DNA of 63,297 nucleotides, filler included, from Octopus bimaculoides (GCF_001194135.2; 8 parts of 8 records of this genome joined end to end with filler, not necessarily neighbours in it), one strand, 5' to 3'; counted from the whole stretch's first letter, positions 50,539 through 63,297 are shown. Numbers and translations: made by a program. Notes: generated by a model not told the origin, from the letters alone.

Positions 50539-53500
50539 GTGTTCGCGCGCGCGCGCGTCTTTGCATGTATGTATTAGCGTTTTATATTCTATAGCAGATT
50601 CAGTTATGGGTTTGTCAGTTTTCTGTTATGCGAAGAAAATGGGTAAAATATTTACAAAATTATTTACAAAGTATTACTACATATTGAATTTGTATGTGTG
50701 TGAACTGCGTGTTTGCGTGGGCGTGGGGTGCGCGTGCGACGGTGTATGTGTGTTTATGTCTATTAATTCTATTGGCACTGTAGGAACAGACAAATCTAAA
50801 TTATTCTATAGCATGTGCAGGAGCTCTGTTTTAACAAGACAATAGATAGATTCAAAGATCAATAAAAGTAGTTCAAAAGGAAGAACTTAAAAGGAATGTA
50901 TTACTTTGTAAATAACTTTTTATTTAGAAGAAAAACAGCTGTTATGGTTATTAATCTCTGTGGGATTGTCTGAACAAAACCTGATAAAAATCAAACTTCG
51001 CGATATGTCCTTTTGTCATAGATTTTGACATTCCTATTGATATGACAGAAATAAATAGGGATAAGGAAAAAGAAATTGGGATTTTTATAAGGCATTAAAT
51101 TATGGTGTATTGAGATCATTATGTGACATCGATAATATATATATATATATATATATATAAACATACATTCACATGTACATACATATGCACACACACACAC
51201 ACAAACACGTCTACACACTTACCCTATTACTCACGTACATCCATAAGTACATACGTGCATACTCACATACATACATACATACATATATACATACATGTGT
51301 ATAGGCATGCACACATACATACGCATGTACACAGATGCATACGCGCACACATGTACACGCACATACATACATACATACATACATACATACATACATACAT
51401 ACATACATACATANNNNNNNNNNNNNNNNNNNNNNNNNNNNNNNNNNNNNNNNNNNNTTAATTAATTAANNNNNNNNNNNNNNNNNNNNNNNNNNNNNNN
51501 NNNNNNNNNNNNNCAGTGAGTGAGAGAAGCCGACGAGGACAAAGGACAGTCAGTGAGAAGGCAATCAGTTAGTGAGAATGCAGTGAGAGAGGCAGACAGA
51601 GGGAACTGTAGAGGCTGGCAGGTCGTGTAGTAGGAGACTACTTTTGATCAGTTTTTGCCGAAGTAGGAGATTTGAAGGAAATGAACTTTGTTGTGGGAAA
51701 TGTTAGTTTATATTTTTAAAGAAAGTGTACTTGCGTTGTCAAATGTTTTTAAAAGAAAGGAAAGAAAGAAAAGAACTCTCTGTTGGTAAATGTTTCTAAA
51801 GAAAAGGAAGAGAAAAAAAAGAACTTTGTTGTTAAATGTTAAATATGTTATTTTAAAAAGGAACGAAGGAAAGAAAGAGAACTTTCCAAAGAACTATTGT
51901 TATTGAATGTTGTTTTTGTTTCAAAATAAAATTAGTTTGACTACGCAACGTTTTGGGTGTGTTATTTCTTTTGTTGTTATCGTTGGTGACTCTACGGGCT
52001 TCGTGGATTCCTGATTCCCTGAGCGTCGTCGTCGCATGCAAGCTTCTCTGGGCCAGCAATCTGCGGACTGTTTGTGTGTGAGACCCGTGGTGGCATCGGA
52101 GGTATGCGTGCAGCGTAACAATATATATAAATAATTTGCGAAAACAAATTTCCAAATCAATCAGGTACAACTCTTCAGCATTATATGCATCTACATATCG
52201 TACCTTGTGGTCATATTTATCATATATATATATATATATATATACTATGCCCATGCATACTGCTTACACCTTCCCTCTCTTTAGAAGTAATTGTCCCTTT
52301 GCTATCACCACTAGATAANNNNNNNNNNNNNNNNNNNNNNNNNNNNNNNNNNNNNNNNNNNNNNNNNNNNNNNNNNNNNNNNNNNNNNNNNNNNNNNNNN
52401 NNNNNNNNNNNNNNNNNNNNNNNNNNNNNNNNNNNNNNNNNNNNNNNNNNNNNNNNNNNNNNNNNNNNNNNNNNNNNNNNNNNNNNNNNNNNNNNNNNNN
52501 NNNNNNNNNNNNNNNNNNNNNNNNNNNNNNNNNNNNNNNNNNNNNNNNNNNNNNNNNNNNNNNNNNNNNNNNNNNNNNNNNNNNNNNNNNNNNNNNNNNN
52601 NNNNNNNNNNNNNNNNNNNNNNNNNNNNNNNNNNNNNNNNNNNNNNNNNNNNNNNNNNNNNNNNNNNNNNNNNNNNNNNNNNNNNNNNNNNNNNNNNNNN
52701 NNNNNNNNNNNNNNNNNNNNNNNNNNNNNNNNNNNNNNNNNNNNNNNNNNNNNNNNNNNNNNNNNNNNNNNNNNNNNNNNNNNNNNNNNNNNNNNNNNNN
52801 NNNNNNNNNNNNNNNNNNNNNNNNNNNNNNNNNNNNNNNNNNNNNNNNNNNNNNNNNNNNNNNNNNNNNNNNNNNNNNNNNNNNNNNNNNNNNNNNNNNN
52901 NNNNNNNNNNNNNNNNNNNNNNNNNNNNNNNNNNNNNNNNNNNNNNNNNNNNNNNNNNNNNNNNNNNNNNNNNNNNNNNNNNNNNNNNNNNNNNNNNNNN
53001 NNNNNNNNNNNNNNNNNNNNNNNNNNNNNTATATATATATATATATATATATTCATAAATATACAAAGTATCTGATAAAAGTCAATATTAATTCAATTTT
53101 GGGGGATTAATCGATATGCAGGTATTCTATTTCAGATAATAGAAAAAATAATCTAATGAGTTTGCTTTCAGATGAAAGGAAACTCATAGAATAAGGTTGC
53201 ACATCACGAAATATTACTCAAAGGATATACCCAAAATTACCAGCAGGGTATATATTATACTTCATTAAAATTTATTAAATATGAAGGAACTACACGTGTG
53301 AGAGTATTTGAAGATTACAATATATATATATACAGATACTCAACTGTATACGTATACATATATAAATATATACATACATAAACACATGCAATCGTCAGTT
53401 TTACAATTATTCCAACACATCTTCAGGTTTCTTTTCAAACTATTATATATGTAATTGTACATCCCTTTAAAAAATAAGCAATACAATTAAGCATTAAAGA

Positions 53501-53879
53501 TTAAAAATTAAGAAATAAAAATTAAAAATTAAAATTCTACTTAGTAATATTGGTTCGGTGGTTTAGGCACTAAGATGGTATCACTCAGTCGGACAAAGAG
53601 ACATGCAGAAATTACCATTTATATATAAGATGTTTTGTAATTTAAATTTGATGTGAAATGAAACAATTGTGAGCAACGATGATAATTAATTAATTAATAA
53701 TTTTAATTATATCCATTGAATCTCTCTATTTTCAAACTTAATAATTATACACACACACATACATATATATGTATATGCGNNNNNNNNNNNNNNNNNNNNN
53801 NNNNNNNNNNNNNNNNNNNNNNNTTAATTAATTAANNNNNNNNNNNNNNNNNNNNNNNNNNNNNNNNNNNNNNNNNNNN

Positions 53880-54236
53880 ACGTTTCCCTAAAAGAAATGG
53901 AGAAACTTTCAAAATACAAATACCTGGAAATAGAAGTAACTCGAATGTGGAATCTAAAAACAGAAATAATTCCTATCATAGTAGGTGCCTTAGGTATAAT
54001 AAAAAAAATATTCAGACAAATACATAACAAAAACACCAGGACTTACAAATATATATAACATACAGAAAATTGCACTACTGGGCACTGCACACATCCTACG
54101 CAAAACACTTTCAATACAGTAACCATAAGAGCATCACAGCAAACCACAGCACATACCCAAGGCACACAGAGCTGCGCTCGATAGTGAAGTGAAAGCCCGT
54201 TAATAGAATAAAACTACTGAATGATAATAATAATAT
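53880..54236 (+). mobile_element. 3' end of RLE-type non-LTR retrotransposon with (TAA)n tail
   Basis: VSLKEMEKLSKYKYLEIEVTRMWNLKTEIIPIIVGALG...IQKIALLGTAHILRKTLSIQ*, then 3' UTR, AATAAA and gataataataat tail. The 5' side falls in a gap. Confidence 0.85.
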
Positions 54237-54285
54237 CATCGAAAAATACCTTAGGAATGAGAACCCACGTTCGAAACTTCTCCAA

Positions 54286-54315
54286 GACACCTGATGAAGG
54301 CCGAAATGTTGTGTT
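54286..54315 (+). ncRNA. Degenerate hammerhead motif with collapsed stem II
   Basis: GACAC-CTGATGA-AGGCC-GAA-ATGT-T-GTGTT. Stem I ACAC/GUGU is intact, stem II is deleted, and ACGT has become ATGT. Confidence 0.4.
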
Positions 54316-54566
54316 AACAATAGACAAGATGTGGACAAATATCCATCAAGTGTAAATAATGTAAATAATGTAAAAAAAAAATTTAAGGTTTACCATTATA
54401 TAGTTTGTTACAAAAGCTACAAGATCTTCGTTGCTTCCACTTATGTTTGAAAAGGTATCAGGCATTTCATCATTGGACCAGTATTATAATCAAAACGAAT
54501 ATAATCTTTGGTCACATTTATTGCATTACTAGAACCATGTTTCTTAAGTCAATTAATCTCTATATC

Positions 54567-54567
<1 letters not shown>

Positions 54568-54597
<30 letters not shown>

Positions 54598-54738
54598 CTT
54601 CTTCTTCTTCTTCTTCTTCTTCTTCTTCTTCTTCTTCTTCTTCTTCTTCTTCTTCTTCTCCCTTTCTCTCTCCTCTCTCTCTCCCTCTCTCTCGCTCTTC
54701 TCTCTCTCTCCCTCTCTCTCGCTCTTCTCTCTCTCTCG
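54568..54738. repeat. (CTT)n then (CT)n microsatellite; representative of dozens of (CA)n, (TA)n, (GA)n, (CATA)n and (TAA)n arrays in the window
   Basis: Directly visible. These arrays generate the HTHT, CVCV, IYIY and MYVC ORFs in the track. Confidence 0.95.
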
Positions 54739-56276
54739 NNNNNNNNNNNNNNNNNNNNNNNNNNNNNNNNNNNNNNNNNNNNNNNNNNNNNNNNNNNNNN
54801 NNNNNNNNNNNNNNNNNNNNNNNNNNNNNNNNNNNNNNNNNNNNNNNNNNNNNNNNNNNNNNNNNNNNNNNNNNNNNNNNNNNNNNNNNNNNNNNNNNNN
54901 NNNNNNNNNNNNNNNNNNNNNNNNNNNNNNNNNNNNNNNNNNNNNNNNNNNNNNNNNNNNNNNNNNNNNNNNNNNNNNNNNNNNNNNNNNNNNNNNNNNN
55001 NNNNNNNNNNNNNNNNNNNNNNNNNNNNNNNNNNNNNNNNNNNNNNNNNNNNNNNNNNNNNNNNNNNNNNNNNNNNNNNNNNNNNNNNNNNNNNNNNNNN
55101 NNNNNNNNNNNNNNNNNNNNNNNNNNNNNNNNNNNNNNNNNNNNNNNNNNNNNNNNNNNNNNNNNNNNNNNNNNNNNNNNNNNNNNNNNNNNNNNNNNNN
55201 NNNNNNNNNNNNNNNNNNNNNNNNNNNNNNNNNNNNNNNNNNNNNNNNNNNNNNNNNNNNNNNNNNNNNNNNNNNNNNNNNNNNNNNNNNNNNNNNNNNN
55301 NNNNNNNNNNNNNNNNNNNNNNNNNNNNNNNNNNNNNNNNNNNNNNNNNNNNNNNNNNNNNNNNNNNNNNNNNNNNNNNNNNNNNNNNNNNNNNNNNNNN
55401 NNNNNNNNNNNNNNNNNNNNNNNNNNNNNNNNNNNNNNNNNNNNNNNNNNNNNNNNNNNNNNNNNNNNNNNNNNNNNNNNNNNNNNNNNNNNNNNNNNNN
55501 NNNNNNNNNNNNNNNNNNNNNNNNNNNNNNNNNNNNNNNNNNNNNNNNNNNNNNNNNNNNNNNNNNNNNNNNNNNNNNNNNNNNNNNNNNNNNNNNNNNN
55601 NNNNNNNNNNNNNNNNNNNNNNNNNNNNNNNNNNNNNNNNNNNNNNNNNNNNNNNNNNNNNNNNNGATTATACGTGAATGGCGAGATTCGTTAAATGAAT
55701 GACTGCACAGAAGATGGAAATAATAAACATTTGACCTTTATAACAATAATGAAAAACTGTCTATTCTTTTATGTTGTTGTTGTTGGCTTCACTCATTGGA
55801 ATTCGGCCATGCTGGGGCACCGCTTTCTAAAGTTTTTTTTTTTTTGGTGGGGGGAGTGTTTTCGTGTTTGTTTTCTTTCAATCGATTGTATCGAAACCCA
55901 GTAATTGTTTCGGTGTGTCATTTATTCTATTGATTTCTGTTTATCGAATGGCTAAGTGATTTCAGGCAATGAATGACACCGGTGTACGCAAAAAAAGCAC
56001 ACACATGCAAACAAATGCACAAGCACACACTTGAACATGTACATATACATCGAGTTTTCGCACAGTTTCCGTGTACCAAATTCACAAGGCGGGCATCGTT
56101 CGGTTTGGAGTTGTGGAAGGCACTTGCCCAAAGTACAGAAGAATGGGATTGAACTCGTAATCACGTCGTTGCACAGTGGACTTCTTAACAACACTACCAT
56201 AATATCTATATTTTCTAAAATAACGCAGAGTCTTACAATGATGCAGTCTTCCATGCTGAAGTAATATTTATTTCAT

Positions 56277-56725
56277 AGAAGGCAGCGAGCTGGCAGAAGC
56301 GTTAGCACGCCAGGCGAAATGCTTCGCGGTATTTCGTCTGCCGTTACGTTCTGAGTTCAAATTCCGCCGAGGTCGACTTTGCCTTTCATCCTTTCGGGGT
56401 CGATTAAATAAATACCAGTTAAGCACTGGGTCGATGTAATCGATTTAATCCCTTTGCCTGTCCTTGCTCGTCTCCTCTATGTTTAGCCCCTTGTGGGCAA
56501 TAAAGGAATAAATAATTATTTTATAGACGTGAAGAAGATGAAGGCCAAAAAGGAAGAAGTTCTGTGACAGACCAATAACATTCTAAATAATCCTTTCTAC
56601 CATGGGGCACAAGGCATGAATTTTTGTGGGAGGGTGCTAGTCGATTACATCGAACACAGTGCGTAATTGGTACTTATTTCCTCGACCCCAAAAGGATGAA
56701 AGGCAAAATCGACCTTGGCGATCTT
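56277..56725. mobile_element. SINE family B + (56277-56515) and - (56590-56725)
   Basis: The first copy is near consensus. The second is a reverse-oriented 3' part. Confidence 0.8.
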
Positions 56726-56789
56726 CAAGGTCATAACTCAATCAAAGACAAGCTTTGGGGGATACATGAAGAACGGAAGACAAACGTAG

Positions 56790-57105
56790 GTGCGCAGCTT
56801 AGTGGTTAGAGTATTAGGTTCATGGTAGCAAGATCACGAGTTCGAAAACCGGCGGCGCATTGTGTCCTTGAGTAAGACACTTTATTTCAAGTTGCTCCAG
56901 TTCACTCAGCTGGCAAAAACGAGTTGTACCTGTATTTCAAAGGACCGCCCTTGTCACATTCTGTGTCACGCTGAATCTTCTTGAGAACTACGTTAAGGGT
57001 ACACGTGTCTGTAGAGTGCTCAGTCACTTACATATTAATTTCACGAACAGGCTGTTCCATTGATCGGATCAACTGGAACACTTGTAATAACCGACGGCGT
57101 GCCAG
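56790..57105 (+). mobile_element. SINE, same architecture as 41710-42005
   Basis: GCAGCTTAGTGG...GAGTTCGAAAACC, TCCTTGAGTAAGACACTTT core, tail type 1. More degenerate relatives lie at about 8340-8610 (-) and 8635-8930 (+). Confidence 0.8.
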
Positions 57106-57508
57106 TTTTTAAGGTCTGAATTATGATTGACTATTCTGGTTATCGTTTTAGTCCACTACCTAATCACCTAAGACTTAAGTTGTTGGTTTTCATCCTTTTA
57201 TAATTCAGGCTCCCCTTTGGAAAATGCCCCTCCCCGTATTTTATTTATATAAAAAAAAGAAAACATACTTTTCAAATCAAATACATGCACGGTAATTTAT
57301 TATTCTATCCACCATGTGTCTCTGTTTGGATTTTGCATGGACGAGTGCCTCCTATGTTAAAGTTTTATAGAAATTACTAGAGAAGGCGGAGATTATATAA
57401 CGAAATTATGCTGCCGCATCAATAGTCATGTTTCTTCTCACTAATATATTCACATTTCAATCCCCACAAAAGATAGTTGTATAGATATACACATACATAT
57501 ATATATAT

Positions 57509-57541
<33 letters not shown>

Positions 57542-57598
57542 TATATATATATACACTCACACATACACACACATATATACACATGTATGTTTATCATG

Positions 57599-57647
<49 letters not shown>

Positions 57648-58129
57648 NNNNNNNNNNNNNNNNNNNNNNNNNNNNNNNNNNNNNNNNNNNNTTAATTAAT
57701 TAANNNNNNNNNNNNNNNNNNNNNNNNNNNNNNNNNNNNNNNNNNNNTATATACATACCTATTATTTTAATCAGTAGACATATAAAGCGATCCAAGGGGT
57801 AAATGAGTCGCATTGTGATATTTGTCGATTACAATAATAAAATATATATACTCACTTATTGTATTGTATTTCCCCTAGTTGTTCAACGAAACCTATGTAT
57901 CTCATTATCCAGTTTTATTTCAAGATTTCATGCCAATAGAGAAAGAGTCGGTTTCTAACATAGATCCAAGGCCTCTTCATTGGAATTTCAACATCAACAG
58001 GGTATGTATGTATGTATGTATGTATGTATGTATGCACGCATGTATGCTGGGCGTTTGAGGACACTAAATTATCAATATATTACTATCTTCAAACCAACTG
58101 AAAAGATTTTGTCTCTGTCAGAAGCTCCA

Positions 58130-58470
58130 TGGTAGATAAAATGCTAACACAAGAAATGAAAAGACATGCAGTCATTGTTGCTTTATATATGTGGAACGCA
58201 GCGATTTAGAAAATGCCAACTCTCGGTGTTGCATGAGCTTTTCTGCACACTATAAAAACATCCCTAATTCATCCATTGAGTTCCGAAATCAATGAAATGC
58301 TATAGCCAAATAACTTAAGTTGATGGATTGGGCTACCAGAAATGTGATGCACGAGGACATTCATTAGTTTGTACTGAGGAGAGATCATATCATGTACGCA
58401 AAGACACAGGAAAACTGTTTGATCCGTGTTAAACGGTTTCTTAACAAGGTTAAAAACTCTCACGAAGGCA
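58130..58470 (+). mobile_element. Tc1/mariner transposase N-terminal remnant
   Basis: MLTQEMKRHAVIVAL...ERSDLE, then HEDI and RKDTGK-like / KRFLNKVKN fragments with frameshifts. Confidence 0.5.
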
Positions 58471-58659
58471 TGGTGGTGGTGGTGGTGCTAGGAGTAGCTG
58501 TGGTGATAGAACTTTAAACCCCAAAATAAGATTATCTTTATTGACTTTTCTCTTGCTGCTATCGTCATCATGGGCACCTTTAATATTGTTGTTGTTGTTA
58601 TTGTTGTTGTTAGTGGTAGTGATCGTAGCAGTAGAAGTAGTACTTCTAAGTATTAGTAT

Positions 58660-58875
58660 GATTGTCCGTGACGAAAAATACTCCTCGTCTGCAGAATTCA
58701 ATTTTTTTCCGTCCAAATGATTTTGAAGACTGCAGAACAAATGATAATCAGATGAGGCAATGTCCGGTGAATATGGTGGGTAGGGCATCGTTTCTCATTT
58801 AAACTGCGCCAGTCTTTAGAATGTCATCCTCGCTGTATGTGGCCGAGCATTATCCTGAAATCAAAGATGGCCGTT
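58660..58875 (-). mobile_element. Mariner (DD34D-type) transposase catalytic fragment
   Basis: Minus strand QDNARPHTA...PYPPYSPDIASSDYHLFCSLQNHLDGKKLNS, matching the canonical YSPDLAPSDYHLF motif. Confidence 0.85.
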
Positions 58876-59639
58876 TTTCTTCTAGCGTTGACTTAAACCG
58901 TTCGAGCTGGACTAAGCCTTTCATATTCCACCAAACAGATAACAATACCCTACCCACCGTCTTCAGCACTTGACATTTTTATAGAGAACCCATTACTCGT
59001 CACCAGTCACTATTCGGTCCAAAAATGGTTCATTCATGAGACGTGACAGCAAAGAAGAGCACACATTCACTCTCTGCGCGTGATTTCGAGCACGAAATGA
59101 AAAGGGAAGTAATTTCATGATTCAAGAATTCTTTAAAATTGACTTAGAAATTTCTGATTCTTAAAATAATGTCCCCTTCTCACAAAGAGCTGGACCCCAA
59201 TTCCCACAAAGTGATTGTTCTACAAACCCTGGAAGCAGAGATAATTTAAATAAATCATGAATTAATTTTGTATGTTATTCAACATAACCATATTCGTCAA
59301 ATAAATGTCAAAAATCACTACTTGATATTTCACTTAGCACATCTCTGGCTTGTACATGCACATAGATACTCAAACACACATTTATATATACCGTTGACAG
59401 TTCCCATTAGGATTAAACTGTGCAGTCCAGTGTTCTAGCTTAGCTTCACTCATGGGGTAGTTATTTACCCTGTTAGTATAGATAAACGTGCTTTTCCGCA
59501 TATATAAGTGGTTTAACTGCTATTTCAAACAATATATGTGCTTGTGGCACATACAGTCACAATTACTGACGACTAGATTTTGCTTATACGGTTAATGTTG
59601 CGCCCAGTTGGTCGCATTAATTATATATATATATATATA

Positions 59640-59701
59640 TACCGGGTACGTCAGCTAGTATATATATATATATATATATATACTAGCTGACGTACCCGGT
59701 A
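59640..59701. repeat. Perfect 62-bp palindrome centred on (TA)n
   Basis: T-ACCGGGTACGTCAGCTAGTA-(TA)10-TACTAGCTGACGTACCCGGT-A. Confidence 0.95.
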
Positions 59702-60840
59702 ATTCCCAAGAAAGCGAGGCTGTATCCCTTGGTTTCGTTCTCATAATTGTTTCGCTAATTCAATAACAACAATACAAAGTATGTAGCCCCTTAAAACGGT
59801 TTTTGTGCATTTACAGAGAATACCTAACTGTCTTCCACAGGATCTTGTTTTTAGAAATTCCCATAAAGTAATGGATACCCAAATTGTGAAGTCAGTTATG
59901 TAATAACATGAATTTAGTTACCTGATAGTAAGAATTCAAATAAAGTAGCCCCGAAAAGGGCTGTAATGCGTTCCCAGAGTATATAGAACTTAGGAGGAAA
60001 TACTAATAAGGTATGTTATTGTTGTTTCTGATGGTGGTGGTGGGCGGGGTAGGAGTAGCTGTGGTGGTAGGAGTAGCTGTGGTGATAGTAGTAGCTGTGG
60101 TTGTAGGAGTAACTGTGGTGGTAGGAGTAGCTGTAGTGGTAGGAGTAGCTGTGGTGGTAGGAGTAGCTACTGGATAAATTGCGAAAATAACTCTAACAGT
60201 TCAATTACTAAGAAATAAGCATACTCAATTTCATTTTNNNNNNNNNNNNNNNNNNNNNNNNNNNNNNNNNNNNNNNNNNNNNNNNNNNNNNNNNNNNNNN
60301 NNNNNNNNNNNNNNNNNNNNNNNNNNNNNNNNNNNNNNNNNNNNNNNNNNNNNNNNNNNNNNNNNNNNNNNNNNNNNNNNNNNNNNNNNNNNNNNNNNNN
60401 NNNNNNNNNNNNNNNNNNNNNNNNNNNNNNNNNNNNNNNNNNNNNNNNNNNNNNNNNNNNNNNNNNNNNNNNNNNNNNNNNNNNNNNNNNNNNNNNNNNN
60501 ACTGTGGTGGTAGGAGTAGCTGTAGTGGTAGGAGTAGCTGTGGTGGTAGGAGTAGCTACTGGATAAATTGCGAAAATAACTCTAACAGTTCAATTACTAA
60601 GAAATAAGCATACTCAATTTCATTTTTACCATTTAGGAAAATGAATGGGTTATTTCCTTTGGATATATCTAAGGATCCCTTCCAGGGGCCCTATTATTGA
60701 TGTTTTCAACAACCATGAGGTTTCCAGACATGAGTTCTACTTACGTGTCAAGTTTCATCAAAATCGATAAAACGACGTAGGAGGAGTTAGCTAATAACTT
60801 TACAAACACACCCACAGACAGAATTTCCCCATATATGTAG
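59681..60840 (+). mobile_element. Non-autonomous Helitron-like element (spans a gap)
   Basis: Begins TACTAGCTGACGTACCCGG in (TA)n, carries an internal 18-bp tandem array, and ends AAGTTTCATCAAAATCG...ACAAACACACCCACAGACAGAATTTCCCCATATATGTAG|TT, resembling Lep1/HINE-type termini. Confidence 0.5.
60045..60560. repeat. 18-bp tandem array (GGTAGGAGTAGCTGTGGT)n
   Basis: At least 6 units before the gap, and more after it. One unit also occurs at about 58485. Confidence 0.85.
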
Positions 60841-60997
60841 TTGGAGTATAACCAGCCGAAATTGCAAAGATAATCGGGAACTCAACTGAGGTAAGAAAAT
60901 TTCGAATGTTTTTTCTTATCCCTTTTTTGTATCATCCAGCTGTCTGGATGTTTTGCGTTCTTGTTCCATTTTCTGTATTCCTTCATATATATATATA

Positions 60998-61870
60998 CAG
61001 GGTGCGATGGTTAAATTATCACCATTTTATATTTTTCATTTCTCGCATGCGCATTGGTTGTTTTTGATTTTATCGACCACACAGTGTAGTAGGGTCAGTT
61101 AAGCACTGTCTGTAAAAAAAACAGACACATGACGCAATTTCCATAAATTTGGAAACGACATGCTATACTGCTTGGTATTCGTGTCGTAAGCTCTAATACG
61201 AACATTTGATAGTGTTTGGGTGTCAATCTGCGGAAAGTGCATGTACCGGGAATGATAAAAACCAAACATCTAGTCAACATCATGATGTCAGACTGATCAC
61301 TAGTGTTGGCGACGTTATGCCTCTATCCATTTTCCCACACGGCCTCACACTCAACACGGAGACATATATCAAATGCCTGAAGGAGGTAGTGCTGCTCTAG
61401 GTCAAGAGGGTGGCTGCTGGAAGACCCTGTGTCTGGCAACAGGACTCTGCACCTTGCTACACAAGCAGGAGAACTCCGTCATGGCTGTCAGACAATTTCT
61501 GCAACCACATCACCCCTAACATCTGGCCACCTTACTCCCTAGACTTGCAACACCCTTGATTATTATATGTGGGGCGCAGTTGAGCGAGAGACCAACAAAA
61601 CTCATTGTAATATCAAATATGAGCTGAAGGCAAGAATTATGGCAGCATTCACCAACTTAAACAAGGAGATAATCAAGAAGAGTTACAGGAGATTCGGAAG
61701 TCGTCTGGCGGCCGTGGTCGAAGCCAATGGCGATTTTATAAAGTACATTTACTCTTTAGTATTTCAAGATATTTTAAAGTAATTTTAGTAAATATATATG
61801 TTAAAATGAGATGTCAGTGCTATTTCCATTTTTGCGTAATTTAGACGACAATATATTCACCGCATCCTCT
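60998..61870 (+). mobile_element. Internally deleted DD37D (maT/mori) Tc1-mariner element
   Basis: The CAGGGTGCG left end follows TA, and a degenerate right end lies near 61845-61870. WQQDSAPC...WPPYS.D..PLDYYMWG has 37 residues between the 2nd and 3rd D after correcting a 1-nt insertion. C-terminus RLAAVVEANGDFIK. Confidence 0.8.
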
Positions 61871-63297
61871 GTGTGCGTGTGTGTGCGTGTGTGTGTGCAT
61901 GTGTGTGTGTGTGTGTGTGTGTGCATGTGTGTGTGTGTGTGCGTGTGCGCGCGCGCGTATTAAAAGTTGTAAGTTCATTATGTTTTTGTTCTTTTTACCG
62001 TGGAAAACCACAACAATACCTTACTGCTCTGTAGTATGGAAATATAATTAAAAAGAGCTTGTCTCAGTTAATGGACACAAGCCCCGTCGACGTGGTTGGT
62101 TTTCCCCAACTCCCCGCCTACTTCTCACTGTACTGCAAAATGTTCAAGTGATCAGCAGGGTAGTATCTAGTGTCGATGGAAGTTTTTTTGATGGCCGACC
62201 CATGTAAATGTGATAGTGTTTATAGTGCCCATAGGGATGTATATAGTATCAGTCACGGTGTCTATAAGAGTGGAACATTAGTACGTTCATGCTTAGTTGT
62301 CCGGTAATCTCCAGTAAGAAGCATATGTCCCTCTAACGTGTCAGAAACAACCCCCATCAACGCATATAGCAATGGAGCAGCCTGATAGAAAACTTCCGAT
62401 CCAAAATAGGAGGGTCAGGTGCAGTACACATGCCGATCACCTATCGAGGGAATTCTCATGCCAGAAAAAATCGTTGGATTTTCTATATTTAAGGGTAACA
62501 CCATTGTGTTTACTGATACTCACAAGAACAAACGACCATAGTAGCAGACTCACATAGCAAAGCAAGGTTTTGTTGTATCTGGTCATATGAATATCGTAGA
62601 GAGGAGTAGTTTTTATGAGTGTAATGGCGAAGAGAGAGTTTGAATAAACATACCAGATGAAACAAGAGTGAATCCTTTGTAAGTACAGACACTACTTTGG
62701 GAGTAGATTTTTCAATATATAGTTTTGCAGCATCAGCAATTAGAGAGAGAGGATGTTAAATATTTGTTATAGACAGCGGTTTACTTGGCAGTAGGTTTTG
62801 TTGCACAGGGTTAAGTTTGAATTCATGTCAACCAATTTAATGTAGACTCCTTTGATTATTATTTAATCTGGTTGACCCCCAAACTCCATTCGATGTTTAA
62901 AATTTAGTTCTTTAGATAAATCTTTCAAAATTCCTATTTGCTTTCCACTCATTCACTTGTGTAGGTTTGTGTGAACATTTTTCAGTAACCAGAAACGTTA
63001 AACTATGCAATAGCTTAGAGAAAGAAACCCGAAGATACTTAAATCATGACTTTTGTTTTCACTTATGTAGTTACATATACTTTACATGATATGGACATCT
63101 GCGTTTGTGAAATATTTTGACGTGAAAGAGCAAATGGCTTTCCTTCATGAAATCAGCACCCCCAAATTACTAGGTAACATAGCTCCAACTCCTGACAGAA
63201 AAACCTCAGTGTTACTCAGTGTCATCAATTAAAGGCCTAACAAAGACTTAGTACCGCGCAATGTGTTATACTATGAACAGGCTACTTCTTATATATA

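Noticed and set aside
62280-62470. Possible RTE-X C-terminal remnant (IQNRRVRCSTH)
   Set aside because: Only a faint resemblance to RRLRFAGH, which cannot be supported without alignment.

Overview
AT-rich animal genomic scaffold with many N-gaps, dense microsatellites and hundreds of bp of SINE per kb in places. The SINE families and composition suggest an octopus/cephalopod draft assembly (inference, not verified). There is no prokaryotic system, CRISPR array, rRNA or true tRNA gene. Most ORFs in the track are microsatellite or gap artefacts. The one clear host gene is the 3' half of an SLC7A9-like (b0,+AT / LAT-family) amino-acid transporter on +. It has five in-phase exons at 28733-42767; its 5' exons and last exon were not found. 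A probable coiled-coil exon of a second gene lies on - at 48531-48626. The rest is transposon-derived: four RLE-type non-LTR remnants (two clearly embedded in microsatellites, one CRE-like), an internally deleted LTR element with a tRNA-Trp primer-binding site inside the transporter intron, Penelope-like ends carrying minimal hammerhead ribozyme motifs, a GIY-YIG fragment, mariner and DD37D maT remnants, hAT MITEs with perfect 8-bp TSDs, Helitron-like ends and three modular tRNA-derived SINE families. I cannot support a claim of a wholly new biological system. The best leads are the hammerhead motifs, the intronic LTR/PBS-Trp element, microsatellite-targeted RLE elements and inverted SINEs bracketing a transporter exon. 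Repeat boundaries are approximate (+/- 10-20 nt) unless stated as exact.
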